Part shown: piece after piece, positions 43,794 through 56,768 of the stretch | Layout: every line of letters begins with the position of its first letter | Numbering within the stretch: position 1 is the first letter of the stretch | Notes under the pieces: model-generated | The model's input: the letters and a program-made list of their open reading frames with translations, nothing else | Databases searched by the model: none | Told to the model about the DNA's origin: nothing | Assembly (NCBI RefSeq): GCF_036507355.1 | Contig: NZ_AP027877.1 | Direction: 5' to 3' (one strand) | DNA from: Escherichia coli | GTDB taxonomy: Bacteria; Pseudomonadota; Gammaproteobacteria; Enterobacterales; Enterobacteriaceae | DNA length: 64,000 nucleotides | Program-made: the position numbers and the translations under genes

Positions 43794-44714
43794 ATGAGCA
43801 CCTTAGGTCATCAATACGATAACTCACTGGTTTCCAACGCCTTTGGTTTTTTACGCCTGCCGATGAACTTCCAGCCGTATGACAGCGATGCCGACTGGGT
43901 GATCACCGGCGTGCCGTTCGACATGGCCACCTCTGGCCGTGCCGGTGGTCGTCACGGCCCGGCGGCGATTCGCCAGGTTTCGACTAACCTGGCCTGGGAA
44001 CACAACCGCTTCCCGTGGAATTTCGACATGCGCGAGCGTCTGAACGTGGTGGACTGCGGCGATCTGGTATATGCCTTCGGCGATGCCCGTGAGATGAGCG
44101 AAAAACTGCAGGCACACGCCGAGAAGCTGCTGGCTGCCGGTAAGCGTATGCTCTCCTTCGGTGGTGACCACTTTGTTACGCTGCCGCTGCTGCGTGCTCA
44201 TGCGAAGCATTTCGGCAAAATGGCGCTGGTACACTTTGACGCCCACACCGATACCTACGCGAACGGTTGTGAATTTGACCACGGCACCATGTTCTATACC
44301 GCGCCGAAAGAAGGTCTGATCGACCCGAATCATTCCGTGCAGATTGGTATTCGTACCGAATTTGATAAAGACAACGGCTTTACCGTGCTGGACGCCTGCC
44401 AGGTGAACGATCGCAGCGTGGATGACGTTATCGCCCAGGTGAAACAAATTGTGGGTGATATGCCGGTTTACCTGACCTTTGATATCGACTGCCTGGATCC
44501 TGCATTTGCGCCGGGAACCGGTACGCCGGTAATTGGCGGTCTGACCTCCGATCGCGCTATTAAACTGGTACGCGGCCTGAAAGATCTCAACATCGTTGGG
44601 ATGGACGTAGTGGAAGTGGCTCCGGCATACGATCAGTCGGAAATCACCGCTCTGGCAGCGGCAACGCTGGCGCTGGAAATGCTGTATATTCAGGCGGCGA
44701 AAAAGGGCGAGTAA
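43794..44714 (+). CDS. speB: Agmatinase
   Basis: 306 aa [26 protein letters not shown]...; sequence recognised. Confidence 0.95.
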   Translation: MSTLGHQYDNSLVSNAFGFLRLPMNFQPYDSDADWVITGVPFDMATSGRAGGRHGPAAIRQVSTNLAWEHNRFPWNFDMRERLNVVDCGDLVYAFGDAREMSEKLQAHAEKLLAAGKRMLSFGGDHFVTLPLLRAHAKHFGKMALVHFDAHTDTYANGCEFDHGTMFYTAPKEGLIDPNHSVQIGIRTEFDKDNGFTVLDACQVNDRSVDDVIAQVKQIVGDMPVYLTFDIDCLDPAFAPGTGTPVIGGLTSDRAIKLVRGLKDLNIVGMDVVEVAPAYDQSEITALAAATLALEMLYIQAAKKGE

Positions 44715-44753
44715 GCACCAGATGCGATGCGCACGGGTAAAACGTGCCATTAA

Positions 44754-46007
<1,254 letters not shown>

Positions 46008-46008
46008 C

Positions 46009-46067
<59 letters not shown>

Positions 46068-46079
46068 GTTCGGCACCCG

Positions 46080-46178
46080 TAGGCCGGATAAGATGCGCCA
46101 GCATCGCATCCGGCAATGCGCACAAGGTAACAAATGTGCCATTCATGTCAGATGCGGGGTGAACGCCTTATCTGACCT
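46080..46178. repeat. REP elements downstream of IS621
   Basis: GTAGGCCGGATAAGATGCGCCAGCATCGCATCCGGCA and GTCAGATGCGGGGTGAACGCCTTATCTGACCT. Confidence 0.7.
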
Positions 46179-46198
46179 TCGTTCGACACCACCAGGCT

Positions 46199-46957
46199 TT
46201 ACTTTATCCCATCCGCGCTCATACGATCGCGAATATGCTGGGCGCGTTCGGCGGATGCAGGATGGTCGTCAAACATTGAGCTTTGGCGGCCTTCTTCCAG
46301 TTTCGCCAGTTTTTCAAAGCTGGTGGCAAGACCTGCCGGGCTGATGCCGCGTTGGCGCAGAAGATCGTAAGAATAATCATCGGCTTCTGCTTCCTGGCGC
46401 TGGGAGAATTGCGAATTAACTAATTTCTCGCCCAGATCACCGAGTTGTGATTGAGATAAACTGCCGACAATCCCGCCCGCAGAGGCCGCAGCTACTCGCA
46501 CGGCATTTGTACCAAGTGCCACCTGCATTCCTTTTTTCACATGGCCTAACGCCACGTGCCCCATTTCGTGACCGATCACCGCTTCGACTTCGTTATCCGT
46601 CATCATATCCATCAGCCCGCTATAGACACGGATACAGCCGTTAGCCATTGCAAAGGCGTTCACATCCTTCGCCATATACACTTTGTAATTTACCGGCTGA
46701 CCGTTGATATTGTTGCCTAGCGCATTGGCAATAGTTGTCAGACGTTTAGCGTATTCGCTATTGGCTGGCGCAATCGTCGCCTTACTGTCCATCTCCTGAC
46801 ATGCCTGATCGCTCAGGGTTTTCACCTGCGCATCACTCAAACTGTAAGCCTGAAAAGCTTCCGCTCCTGATGAGAGCAGTCCGTTGGAGTCCATATTCTG
46901 GCAACCGGTCAGTACCGTTGCCACGCTCATTGCTACCAATAAGGCGCGAATTTTCAT
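46199..46957 (-). CDS. loiP: Periplasmic M48 metalloprotease (lipoprotein)
   Basis: 252 aa from MKIRALLVAMSVATVLTGCQ...; HEMGH zinc motif. Confidence 0.9.
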   Translation of the reverse strand: MKIRALLVAMSVATVLTGCQNMDSNGLLSSGAEAFQAYSLSDAQVKTLSDQACQEMDSKATIAPANSEYAKRLTTIANALGNNINGQPVNYKVYMAKDVNAFAMANGCIRVYSGLMDMMTDNEVEAVIGHEMGHVALGHVKKGMQVALGTNAVRVAAASAGGIVGSLSQSQLGDLGEKLVNSQFSQRQEAEADDYSYDLLRQRGISPAGLATSFEKLAKLEEGRQSSMFDDHPASAERAQHIRDRMSADGIK

Positions 46958-47234
46958 GTTTTTTCTTCCGCACAAGGTCAGGATTATTCTAAAAATGCGC
47001 CGTTTGCAGGTGAACCGACGCTCAGTCTCAGTATAAGGAAAAGCGCAGCGGACGGGCGAGTAGATTGCGCAACATGCGAGCATGATCCAGAGATTTCTGA
47101 AGCGGCAAAAGGATGTTCCATGTACATGACGCGCGGCTTGCGGTAAATTGTTGGCAAATTTTCCGGCGTAGCCCAAAACGCGCTGTCGTCAAGTCGTTAA
47201 GGGCGTGCCCTTCATCATCCGATCTGGAGTCAAA

Positions 47235-49226
47235 ATGTCCTCACGTAAAGAGCTTGCCAATGCTATTCGTGCGCTGAGCATGGACGCAGTACAGAAAGCC
47301 AAATCCGGTCACCCGGGTGCCCCTATGGGTATGGCTGACATTGCCGAAGTCCTGTGGCGTGATTTCCTGAAACACAACCCGCAGAATCCGTCCTGGGCTG
47401 ACCGTGACCGCTTCGTGCTGTCCAACGGCCACGGCTCCATGCTGATCTACAGCCTGCTGCACCTCACCGGTTACGATCTGCCGATGGAAGAACTGAAAAA
47501 CTTCCGTCAGCTGCACTCTAAAACTCCGGGCCACCCGGAAGTGGGTTACACCGCTGGTGTGGAAACCACCACCGGTCCGCTGGGGCAGGGTATTGCCAAC
47601 GCAGTAGGTATGGCGATTGCAGAAAAAACGCTGGCGGCGCAGTTTAACCGTCCGGGCCACGACATTGTCGACCACTACACCTACGCCTTCATGGGCGACG
47701 GCTGCATGATGGAAGGCATCTCCCACGAAGTTTGCTCTCTGGCGGGTACGCTGAAGCTGGGTAAACTGATTGCGTTCTACGATGACAACGGTATCTCTAT
47801 TGATGGTCACGTTGAAGGCTGGTTCACCGACGACACCGCAATGCGTTTCGAAGCTTACGGCTGGCACGTTATTCGCGACATCGACGGTCATGACGCAGCA
47901 TCCATCAAACGCGCAGTAGAAGAAGCGCGCGCAGTGACTGACAAACCGTCCCTGCTGATGTGCAAAACCATCATCGGTTTCGGTTCCCCGAACAAAGCCG
48001 GTACTCACGACTCCCACGGTGCGCCGCTGGGTGATGCAGAAATCGCTCTGACCCGCGAACAGCTGGGCTGGAAATACGCACCGTTCGAAATCCCGTCTGA
48101 AATCTATGCGCAGTGGGATGCGAAAGAAGCAGGCCAGGCGAAAGAAGCTGCCTGGAATGAGAAATTCGCGGCTTACGCCAAAGCCTTCCCGCAGGAAGCG
48201 GCTGAATTCACCCGTCGTATGAAAGGTGAAATGCCGTCTGACTTCGACGCGAAAGCGAATGAATTCATTGCGAAGCTGCAGGCTAACCCGGCGAAAATCG
48301 CCAGCCGTAAAGCGTCGCAGAATGCTATCGAAGCGTTCGGCCCGCTGTTGCCGGAATTCCTCGGCGGCTCCGCTGACCTGGCACCGTCTAACCTGACCCT
48401 GTGGTCTGGTTCTAAAGCAATCAACGAAGATGCTGCGGGTAACTACATCCACTACGGTGTTCGCGAGTTCGGTATGACCGCGATTGCTAACGGTATCTCC
48501 CTGCACGGTGGCTTCCTGCCGTACACCTCCACCTTCCTGATGTTTGTCGAATACGCACGTAACGCCGTACGTATGGCTGCGCTGATGAAACAGCGTCAGG
48601 TGATGGTTTACACCCACGACTCCATCGGTCTGGGCGAAGACGGCCCGACTCACCAGCCGGTTGAGCAGGTCGCTTCTCTGCGCGTGACCCCGAACATGTC
48701 TACATGGCGTCCGTGTGACCAGGTTGAATCTGCAGTAGCGTGGAAATACGGCGTTGAGCGTCAGGACGGCCCGACCGCGCTGATCCTCTCCCGTCAGAAC
48801 CTGGCGCAGCAGGAGCGTACTGAAGAGCAACTGGCAAACATCGCGCGCGGTGGTTATGTACTGAAAGACTGCGCCGGTCAGCCGGAACTGATTTTCATCG
48901 CTACCGGTTCAGAAGTTGAATTGGCGGTTGCTGCCTACGAAAAACTGACTGCTGAAGGCGTGAAAGCGCGCGTGGTGTCCATGCCGTCTACCGACGCATT
49001 TGACAAGCAGGATGCGGCTTACCGTGAATCCGTACTGCCGAAAGCGGTTACTGCACGCGTTGCTGTAGAAGCGGGTATTGCTGACTACTGGTACAAGTAT
49101 GTTGGCCTGAACGGTGCTATCGTCGGTATGACCACCTTCGGTGAATCTGCTCCGGCAGAGCTGCTGTTTGAAGAGTTCGGCTTCACTGTTGATAACGTTG
49201 TTGCGAAAGCAAAAGCGCTGCTGTAA
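47235..49226 (+). CDS. tktA: Transketolase 1
   Basis: 663 aa from [20 protein letters not shown]...; sequence recognised. Confidence 0.95.
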   Translation: MSSRKELANAIRALSMDAVQKAKSGHPGAPMGMADIAEVLWRDFLKHNPQNPSWADRDRFVLSNGHGSMLIYSLLHLTGYDLPMEELKNFRQLHSKTPGHPEVGYTAGVETTTGPLGQGIANAVGMAIAEKTLAAQFNRPGHDIVDHYTYAFMGDGCMMEGISHEVCSLAGTLKLGKLIAFYDDNGISIDGHVEGWFTDDTAMRFEAYGWHVIRDIDGHDAASIKRAVEEARAVTDKPSLLMCKTIIGFGSPNKAGTHDSHGAPLGDAEIALTREQLGWKYAPFEIPSEIYAQWDAKEAGQAKEAAWNEKFAAYAKAFPQEAAEFTRRMKGEMPSDFDAKANEFIAKLQANPAKIASRKASQNAIEAFGPLLPEFLGGSADLAPSNLTLWSGSKAINEDAAGNYIHYGVREFGMTAIANGISLHGGFLPYTSTFLMFVEYARNAVRMAALMKQRQVMVYTHDSIGLGEDGPTHQPVEQVASLRVTPNMSTWRPCDQVESAVAWKYGVERQDGPTALILSRQNLAQQERTEEQLANIARGGYVLKDCAGQPELIFIATGSEVELAVAAYEKLTAEGVKARVVSMPSTDAFDKQDAAYRESVLPKAVTARVAVEAGIADYWYKYVGLNGAIVGMTTFGESAPAELLFEEFGFTVDNVVAKAKALL

Positions 49227-49245
49227 TCAGTAAGACGTTTTGTGA

Positions 49246-49268
49246 GAAGGGCCGCGAAAGCGGCCCTT
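49246..49268 (+). terminator. Hairpin terminator after tktA (first of two identical hairpin copies)
   Basis: GAAGGGCCGCGAAAGCGGCCCTT; the same hairpin recurs at 49422-49447. Confidence 0.5.
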
Positions 49269-49296
49269 TAGATTATTGGTAAAGTGCGCGTTGTTC

Positions 49297-49399
<103 letters not shown>

Positions 49400-49445
49400 T
49401 TTGCTTTTGCCATCACTCTCAAGGGCCGCGAAAGCGGCCCTTTTT

Positions 49446-50354
49446 TTACTTAGTAGAGATAAACGGAACTGTGCTGCCGGGGATCATGGTATCGGGCAGT
49501 TTACCGTCCCAACGTTCGGCAGTGGTGAGGGCTACAAGTCCGGGATTATCCCGCAGAGCTTCACCGCGCAGGCGGATTGCTTCTGCTTCAGCCGCACTTT
49601 TTAAACGAATAGTTTCAGCCTCTGCCGCGCCTCTTACGCGAATAGTTTCCGCTTCTGCTTTGGCTGCCGCCAGTTTACTGTCTGCTTCTGCCTGGGCCTG
49701 AGTTACCGCTATTTGCGCCTGGATTTTCTCTGTTTCCAGATTTTGCTTACGCGTGGCAATGGCGACTTCTGCTTTCATTCGGTCTTCAATCGACTTTTCA
49801 TAAGCGTCAGAAAAATCAATATTTTCAATCTGGACCCCGTCAATTACCACTGGCCCAACAACGGCTTTGCGCATGGCATTTTGCAGATCCTGAACCAGTT
49901 TTGTACGATCCTGTACAGCGCTGATGGCGGTATATTGGCCGAAAACGTTCTCCAGTTGAGTTGGCAACTGACGGACAATCAGACGATCTTTTAATGCTTC
50001 AATGGTGTTGTAGGTGGTATAAACCGCGCCTGCTTCTGAAGGTTTAATGTGGAAGCTGACTGATACTGTCATTTGTGCCGGTTGCTGGTCGCGGCTGTAG
50101 GCCTGTAATCCCTGATAGACCACAGCCTGATTACGCGTGGAAATTTTCTCCACGCTTTCCATAAACGGGATCTTAAAACCCAGACCCGGCTCGGCAACTT
50201 TTACGATTTTTCCGTAGCGCAGCAAAATGCCGCGTTCACCTTCATTAACGGTGTAATACGAGAGAAATGGCAGCACAACCACGGCAAGCACGCCAATGGC
50301 GATAGCAAGAGATTTTTGTGGGCGAAATGAGGTTAATGAAACAGGTGCTTTCAT
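49446..50354 (-). CDS. SPFH/band-7 (prohibitin/HflC-like) membrane protein
   Basis: 302 aa with N-terminal TM segment and SPFH-like core followed by an Ala/Glu-rich coiled-coil tail. I do not recall a gene at this position in K-12. Confidence 0.65.
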   Translation of the reverse strand: MKAPVSLTSFRPQKSLAIAIGVLAVVVLPFLSYYTVNEGERGILLRYGKIVKVAEPGLGFKIPFMESVEKISTRNQAVVYQGLQAYSRDQQPAQMTVSVSFHIKPSEAGAVYTTYNTIEALKDRLIVRQLPTQLENVFGQYTAISAVQDRTKLVQDLQNAMRKAVVGPVVIDGVQIENIDFSDAYEKSIEDRMKAEVAIATRKQNLETEKIQAQIAVTQAQAEADSKLAAAKAEAETIRVRGAAEAETIRLKSAAEAEAIRLRGEALRDNPGLVALTTAERWDGKLPDTMIPGSTVPFISTK

Positions 50355-50731
50355 GACAATCTTCCTTGAGTAAAGTGTGGGAATATGTCACATGAGATGA
50401 GGAGAAAACAGCCGACAGGTGAGAATTCAGAATCTATAAAGGGGTATAGCGAAAAAACATTGCATTAGAAAAGTATGTTTTCGAACATTCAATAAATAAA
50501 TAGAGATATGCATCACAAATACAATAACAAACAAAATGTTGATTTTGTGATAAATATAACAAATACAAAGTTGACTTTAAAAATATCAATTTCATATTGT
50601 TGTTATTTAAGGTTTTATTATTTTGGTTTATGGGGTTTTTCTTCTCGCGTACCCAATTGCTTTCATTAAACCGCACGAGTATTTTATTTTTACCGCCTGA
50701 CGGTACCCTAAAAATAAAATAAGGATAATTT

Positions 50732-51175
50732 ATGCGGCTTAGTGATTATTTTCCAGAATCATCAATCTCAGTTATACATTCAGCAAAAGATTGGCAGGAA
50801 GCTATCGATTTCTCGATGGTATCATTGCTGGATAAAAACTATATCAGCGAGAATTACATTCAGGCAATTAAAGATTCCACCATTAACAATGGCCCTTATT
50901 ATATTCTCGCACCAGGCGTGGCAATGCCTCATGCGCGACCGGAATGTGGGGCGCTTAAAACCGGGATGTCTTTGACATTACTTGAACAAGGTGTTTATTT
51001 TCCGGGGAATGACGAACCAATTAAATTACTCATCGGACTCTCTGCTGCCGATGCCGATTCGCACATTGGCGCTATTCAGGCGTTAAGTGAATTACTGTGC
51101 GAAGAAGAAATACTCGAACAACTCTTAACAGCATCATCAGAAAAACAATTAGCGGACATTATCAGCCGCGGATAA
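50732..51175 (+). CDS. cmtB: Cryptic mannitol-type PTS enzyme IIA
   Basis: 147 aa; sequence recognised. Confidence 0.9.
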   Translation: MRLSDYFPESSISVIHSAKDWQEAIDFSMVSLLDKNYISENYIQAIKDSTINNGPYYILAPGVAMPHARPECGALKTGMSLTLLEQGVYFPGNDEPIKLLIGLSAADADSHIGAIQALSELLCEEEILEQLLTASSEKQLADIISRG

Positions 51176-51202
51176 TTACTCTCTCCTCTACAGGATAATA
51201 TT

Positions 51203-52591
51203 ATGGAAAACAAGTCTGCTCGTGCAAAGGTCCAGGCTTTTGGGGGCTTTTTGACTGCAATGGTCATCCCCAATATTGGTGCTTTTATTGCCTGGGGTTT
51301 TATTACTGCGTTATTTATTCCCACCGGTTGGCTGCCTAACGAACATTTCGCCAAAATTGTCGGCCCGATGATTACCTATTTATTGCCCGTGATGATTGGT
51401 TCTACCGGTGGTCATCTGGTCGGCGGTAAACGCGGCGCGGTCATGGGCGGAATAGGTACTATTGGTGTGATCGTCGGCGCAGAGATCCCGATGTTCCTTG
51501 GCTCAATGATTATGGGGCCGCTCGGTGGTCTGGTCATAAAATATGTTGATAAGGCACTGGAAAAACGCATACCTGCCGGTTTTGAGATGGTTATCAATAA
51601 CTTCTCATTAGGTATCGCGGGGATGCTCCTTTGCCTGCTGGGTTTTGAAGTGATCGGCCCGGCGGTGTTAATTGCCAATACTTTCGTCAAAGAGTGTATT
51701 GAGGCGCTGGTACATGCGGGTTATCTGCCTCTGCTGTCAGTCATCAATGAACCGGCGAAAGTGCTTTTCCTTAATAATGCGATCGATCAGGGCGTCTATT
51801 ATCCGCTGGGAATGCAACAGGCTTCGGTTAACGGTAAATCCATCTTCTTTATGGTGGCCTCTAACCCAGGTCCGGGCCTGGGGCTGCTGCTGGCGTTTAC
51901 CTTGTTTGGTAAAGGGATGAGTAAACGTTCTGCGCCCGGGGCGATGATTATTCACTTCCTCGGTGGGATCCACGAACTGTATTTCCCATATGTGCTGATG
52001 AAGCCGCTGACTATTATTGCCATGATTGCGGGCGGTATGTCTGGCACCTGGATGTTTAACTTACTGGACGGTGGTCTGGTGGCTGGCCCAAGTCCGGGGT
52101 CTATCTTTGCTTACCTGGCGCTGACGCCGAAAGGTTCGTTCCTGGCGACAATTGCCGGTGTTACGGTAGGTACCCTGGTGTCCTTTGCTATCACTTCGCT
52201 GATACTGAAGATGGAAAAAACGGTGGAAACGGAGAGCGAAGATGAGTTTGCTCAGTCAGCCAATGCGGTTAAGGCGATGAAACAAGAGGGTGCATTCTCG
52301 TTAAGCAGGGTTAAGCGTATCGCCTTTGTTTGCGATGCGGGGATGGGCTCCAGTGCGATGGGCGCGACCACCTTCCGTAAACGCCTGGAAAAAGCGGGGC
52401 TGGCAATTGAAGTAAAACATTACGCCATAGAAAACGTGCCTGCGGATGCGGATATCGTCGTTACTCATGCCAGTCTGGAAGGGCGCGTGAAACGTGTGAC
52501 GGATAAACCACTGATATTGATTAACAACTATATTGGCGATCCAAAACTCGACACTTTATTTAATCAATTAACCGCCGAACATAAACACTGA
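51203..52591 (+). CDS. cmtA: Cryptic mannitol-type PTS enzyme IICB
   Basis: 462 aa polytopic membrane protein with C-terminal IIB domain. Confidence 0.9.
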   Translation: MENKSARAKVQAFGGFLTAMVIPNIGAFIAWGFITALFIPTGWLPNEHFAKIVGPMITYLLPVMIGSTGGHLVGGKRGAVMGGIGTIGVIVGAEIPMFLGSMIMGPLGGLVIKYVDKALEKRIPAGFEMVINNFSLGIAGMLLCLLGFEVIGPAVLIANTFVKECIEALVHAGYLPLLSVINEPAKVLFLNNAIDQGVYYPLGMQQASVNGKSIFFMVASNPGPGLGLLLAFTLFGKGMSKRSAPGAMIIHFLGGIHELYFPYVLMKPLTIIAMIAGGMSGTWMFNLLDGGLVAGPSPGSIFAYLALTPKGSFLATIAGVTVGTLVSFAITSLILKMEKTVETESEDEFAQSANAVKAMKQEGAFSLSRVKRIAFVCDAGMGSSAMGATTFRKRLEKAGLAIEVKHYAIENVPADADIVVTHASLEGRVKRVTDKPLILINNYIGDPKLDTLFNQLTAEHKH

Positions 52592-52605
52592 TTACAGAGG
52601 TAAAA

Positions 52606-53883
52606 ATGAAAACCAAAGTTGCTGCTATTTATGGCAAGCGGGATGTCCGTCTGCGCGAATTTGAACTGCCAGAAATTACCGATAATGAATTACTGGTGAG
52701 TGTGATTTCTGACAGCGTCTGTTTATCCACCTGGAAAGCGGCGTTACTCGGTAGTGAACATAAACGCGTACCCGACGATTTAGAAAATCATCCGGTCATT
52801 ACCGGGCATGAATGTGCCGGGGTTATTGTCGAAGTGGGTAAAAATCTCACTGGCAAATATAAAAAAGGCCAGCGTTTTGTATTGCAACCGGCGATGGGGT
52901 TACCAAGCGGATATTCAGCGGGCTACAGCTACGAATATTTTGGCGGCAATGCCACTTATATGATTATTCCCGAAATTGCCATTAATTTGGGCTGCGTATT
53001 ACCGTATCACGGCTCTTATTTTGCTGCGGCGTCGCTGGCAGAGCCTATGTGCTGCATTATTGGTGCTTATCATGCCAATTATCACACCACGCAATATGTT
53101 TATGAGCATCGCATGGGCGTCAAACCTGGCGGCAATATTGCACTGCTGGCGTGTGCAGGTCCGATGGGCATTGGCGCTATCGATTACGCCATTAACGGCG
53201 GCATACAACCGTCGCGGGTGGTGGTGGTCGATATCGACGACAAACGTCTGGCGCAGGTACAGAAGCTGCTGCCGGTGGAACTGGCGGCCAGTAAAGGCAT
53301 TGAGCTGGTGTATGTGAATACCAAAGGGATGAGCGATCCTGTCCAGATGCTGCGGGCGCTGACAGGAGATGCCGGGTTCGATGACATTTTTGTTTATGCG
53401 GCGGTGCCTGCTGTCGTTGAGATGGCTGATGAATTACTGGCGGAAGATGGCTGTCTGAACTTCTTTGCCGGGCCGACGGATAAAAACTTCAAAGTGCCGT
53501 TTAATTTCTACAACGTTCATTACAACAGCACGCACGTCGTCGGTACATCCGGCGGTTCAACGGACGACATGAAAGAGGCGATTGCCCTTAGCGCCACTGG
53601 GCAGTTACAGCCGTCGTTTATGGTCACGCATATCGGTGGGCTGGATGCGGTGCCTGATACCGTGCTCAATCTGCCGGACATCCCTGGCGGTAAAAAACTC
53701 ATTTATAACGGCGTCACCATGCCGCTCACCGCCATTGCCGATTTTGCCGAAAAAGGCAAAACCGATCCGCTGTTTAAAGAGCTGGCGCGGCTGGTTGAGG
53801 AAACGCACGGCATCTGGAATGAGCAGGCCGAGAAATATCTGCTGGCGCAATTTGGTGTTGATATTGGGGAGGCCGCGCAATGA
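52606..53883 (+). CDS. yggP: Zinc-type alcohol/polyol-phosphate dehydrogenase family protein
   Basis: 425 aa; sequence recognised. Confidence 0.9.
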   Translation: MKTKVAAIYGKRDVRLREFELPEITDNELLVSVISDSVCLSTWKAALLGSEHKRVPDDLENHPVITGHECAGVIVEVGKNLTGKYKKGQRFVLQPAMGLPSGYSAGYSYEYFGGNATYMIIPEIAINLGCVLPYHGSYFAAASLAEPMCCIIGAYHANYHTTQYVYEHRMGVKPGGNIALLACAGPMGIGAIDYAINGGIQPSRVVVVDIDDKRLAQVQKLLPVELAASKGIELVYVNTKGMSDPVQMLRALTGDAGFDDIFVYAAVPAVVEMADELLAEDGCLNFFAGPTDKNFKVPFNFYNVHYNSTHVVGTSGGSTDDMKEAIALSATGQLQPSFMVTHIGGLDAVPDTVLNLPDIPGGKKLIYNGVTMPLTAIADFAEKGKTDPLFKELARLVEETHGIWNEQAEKYLLAQFGVDIGEAAQ

Positions 53884-54845
53884 TGTCCCTGGCGTGGCCA
53901 TTATTTCGCGTTACGGAACAGGCAGCGTTGGCTGCCTGGCCGCAAACCGGATGTGGCGACAAAAATAAAATTGATGGCCTGGCGGTCACCGCGATGCGCC
54001 AGGCATTAAACGACGTCGCTTTTCGTGGACGAGTGGTTATCGGCGAAGGAGAAATTGACCATGCGCCGATGCTGTGGATTGGCGAAGAGGTGGGCAAAGG
54101 CGATGGGCCAGAAGTCGATATCGCGGTTGATCCCATTGAAGGCACGCGGATGGTGGCGATGGGGCAGAGCAATGCGCTGGCGGTCATGGCTTTCGCCCCT
54201 CGAGATAGCCTGTTACATGCGCCCGATATGTATATGAAAAAGCTGGTTGTTAATCGACTGGCTGCCGGGGCGATTGATCTGTCTTTGCCTCTGGCGGACA
54301 ACTTGCGTGACGTGGCGCGGGCGTTAGGTAAACCGCTGGACAAGCTGCGCATGGTTACGCTGGATAAACCGCGTCTGAGTGCCGCGATTGAGGAAGCAAC
54401 ACAGCTGGGGGTGAAAGTTTTTGCCCTGCCGGATGGCGATGTCGCCGCCAGCGTGCTGACCTGCTGGCAGGATAATCCTTACGACGTGATGTACACCATC
54501 GGCGGCGCGCCGGAAGGCGTGATTTCTGCCTGTGCAGTCAAAGCGTTAGGCGGAGATATGCAGGCGGAATTAATCGATTTTTGTCAGGCTAAAGGGGATT
54601 ACACGGAAAATCGGCAGATTGCAGAGCAGGAGCGCAAGCGTTGCAAGGCAATGGGCGTTGACGTTAACCGTGTGTACTCGCTCGACGAACTGGTGAGGGG
54701 GAACGATATCCTCTTTAGCGCTACGGGCGTGACGGGCGGTGAGCTGGTGAACGGTATCCAACAGACGGCGAATGGGGTGCGGACGCAGACATTACTGATC
54801 GGCGGCGCGGACCAAACGTGTAATATAATAGACTCCCTGCATTGA
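53880..54845 (+). CDS. yggF: Fructose-1,6-bisphosphatase class II (GlpX paralogue)
   Basis: 321 aa; sequence recognised. Confidence 0.9.
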   Translation: MMSLAWPLFRVTEQAALAAWPQTGCGDKNKIDGLAVTAMRQALNDVAFRGRVVIGEGEIDHAPMLWIGEEVGKGDGPEVDIAVDPIEGTRMVAMGQSNALAVMAFAPRDSLLHAPDMYMKKLVVNRLAAGAIDLSLPLADNLRDVARALGKPLDKLRMVTLDKPRLSAAIEEATQLGVKVFALPDGDVAASVLTCWQDNPYDVMYTIGGAPEGVISACAVKALGGDMQAELIDFCQAKGDYTENRQIAEQERKRCKAMGVDVNRVYSLDELVRGNDILFSATGVTGGELVNGIQQTANGVRTQTLLIGGADQTCNIIDSLH

Positions 54846-54866
54846 TGGTGATCTATCGGAAGACCA

Positions 54867-55376
54867 ATGGCGACGCTGACAGAAGATGATGTGCTTGAGC
54901 AACTGGATGCACAGGACAATTTATTTTCATTTATGAAAACTGCGCATTCTATTTTGCTCCAGGGGATACGCCAGTTTCTGCCGTCGCTGTTTGTCGATAA
55001 CGATGAAGAGATCGTGGAATATGCAGTGAAGCCGTTACTCGCCCAAAGCGGCCCGCTTGACGATATTGATGTTGCACTGCGTTTGATTTATGCGCTGGGA
55101 AAAATGGATAAATGGCTGTACGCCGATATCACCCATTTTTCCCAGTTCTGGCATTACCTGAACGAACAGGATGAAACGCCCGGATTTGCCGATGACATGA
55201 CCTGGGATTTTATCAGCAACGTCAATAGCATAACCTGCAATGCGACGCTCTATGACGCGTTGAAAGCGATGAAGTTCGCCGATTTCGCCGTCTGGTCAGA
55301 GGCGCGTTTTAGCGGGATGGTCAAAACGGCGCTGACGCTGGCAGTAACGACCACCTTAAAGGAATTAACGCCGTGA
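54867..55376 (+). CDS. yggD: MtlR-like regulator
   Basis: 169 aa; sequence recognised. Confidence 0.85.
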   Translation: MATLTEDDVLEQLDAQDNLFSFMKTAHSILLQGIRQFLPSLFVDNDEEIVEYAVKPLLAQSGPLDDIDVALRLIYALGKMDKWLYADITHFSQFWHYLNEQDETPGFADDMTWDFISNVNSITCNATLYDALKAMKFADFAVWSEARFSGMVKTALTLAVTTTLKELTP

Positions 55377-56086
55377 AAATTGAATTAACGGTGAATGGGC
55401 TGAACGTGCAAGCGCAGTACCATGATGAAGAGATAGAACGCGTGCATAAACCGTTGCTGCGTATGCTGGCGGCCTTACAGACGGTAAATCCGCAGCGCCG
55501 AACCGTGGTTTTTCTTTGCGCTCCGCCGGGGACGGGTAAATCTACCCTAACCACCTTCTGGGAATATCTCGCGCAACAAGACCCGGAGCTGCCCGCTATT
55601 CAGACGCTCCCGATGGATGGTTTTCACCATTACAATAGCTGGCTGGATGCGCATCAATTGCGCCCCTTCAAAGGCGCACCAGAGACATTTGACGTTGCGA
55701 AACTGGCGGAAAATCTGCGCCAGGTCGTGGAAGGGGATTGTACGTGGCCGCAGTACGATCGACAAAAGCATGATCCTGTTGAAGATGCGTTGCACGTTAC
55801 CGCACCACTCGTCATCGTCGAAGGAAACTGGTTGTTGCTGGACGACGAGAAGTGGTGCCAGCTTGCGCAATTTTGTGATTTCTCGATCTTTATCAATGCG
55901 CCAGCTACTGCGTTGCGGGAACGACTGGTGGGGCGCAAGCTGGCGGGAGGGTTATCGCTGGCAGACGCAGAAGCTTTTTATGACCGTACCGACGGGCCGA
56001 ATGTTCGCCGGGTGCTGGAAGAGAGTCTGCCTGCTAATTTGACTTTAATGATGACCGCTACGGGTGAATATCGTCTGGTTGATTAA
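55373..56086 (+). CDS. yggC: P-loop nucleoside/sugar kinase-like protein
   Basis: 237 aa with Walker A PPGTGKST. Confidence 0.85.
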   Translation: MKIELTVNGLNVQAQYHDEEIERVHKPLLRMLAALQTVNPQRRTVVFLCAPPGTGKSTLTTFWEYLAQQDPELPAIQTLPMDGFHHYNSWLDAHQLRPFKGAPETFDVAKLAENLRQVVEGDCTWPQYDRQKHDPVEDALHVTAPLVIVEGNWLLLDDEKWCQLAQFCDFSIFINAPATALRERLVGRKLAGGLSLADAEAFYDRTDGPNVRRVLEESLPANLTLMMTATGEYRLVD

Positions 56087-56768
56087 CGTTCCTGATTAGA
56101 CCATCTTCCAGTCGCACCACACGAGAGAAATGACGCCGGGTAAATGCGGCGTCATGACTGATTGCTACGACGCTCGTGCCTCGCTGGCGGCACTTCTCCA
56201 GCCAGCTTTCAAACACGCTCAACCAATTTTCGTCAAAATCCCGACTCGGCTCGTCCAGCAGCAATAGTGGCGGAGAGAGTGCTTCCAGGCAGGCGACGGC
56301 GACCATCCGTCGCTGCGCACTATGCAGATCCAACGGATGCGCGCTGGCAGTGTCTGCTAACTGACAACATTGCAGGGCAGCATGGGTACGTTGAGTGATT
56401 TCATCCGCCGGGCATTTTTGCAGTTTCAAACCAAATGCGATCTCGTCGGCGACGGTGCTATGAAAAAGCTGGTTTTCCGCTTCCTGAAACAGTACGCCAA
56501 TCTTTGCCGCGCGCTGGCGGTTTTTCAGGTTTTTCATCGCCTGTTGTTGCAGCATAACCGTACCGGCTGTGGGCGTAAGAAGACCTGCCATTACTCGTAA
56601 CAGCGTCGATTTCCCTGCGCCATTGTCGCCGGTCAGCGCCAACCATTCACCTTGTTTGAGTTGCAGAGAAATGTCGCAAAGACAATCCGTTGCCGCGCCA
56701 GGCCAGCGATAAGATATCTGATTTAACGTTAACATAGTGGCTGGAGTGCTCCGTTTTGCAATTGCCAC
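56058..56768 (-). CDS. ABC ATPase (ECF-type energising component, second NBD)
   Basis: Walker A GDNGAGKST and Walker B LLLDEP; start may be the internal Met at 56735. Confidence 0.65.
   Translation of the reverse strand: MAIAKRSTPATMLTLNQISYRWPGAATDCLCDISLQLKQGEWLALTGDNGAGKSTLLRVMAGLLTPTAGTVMLQQQAMKNLKNRQRAAKIGVLFQEAENQLFHSTVADEIAFGLKLQKCPADEITQRTHAALQCCQLADTASAHPLDLHSAQRRMVAVACLEALSPPLLLLDEPSRDFDENWLSVFESWLEKCRQRGTSVVAISHDAAFTRRHFSRVVRLEDGLIRNVNQPDDIHP

Noticed and set aside
47241-48830. 529-aa ORF antisense to tktA, with similar long antisense ORFs opposite ansB (24699-25616), speB (43851-44750), pgk (60557-61255) and fbaA (61857-62831)
   Set aside because: They lie entirely within well-recognised conserved genes on the opposite strand and have low-complexity Arg/Val/Gly-rich translations; treated as shadow ORFs.
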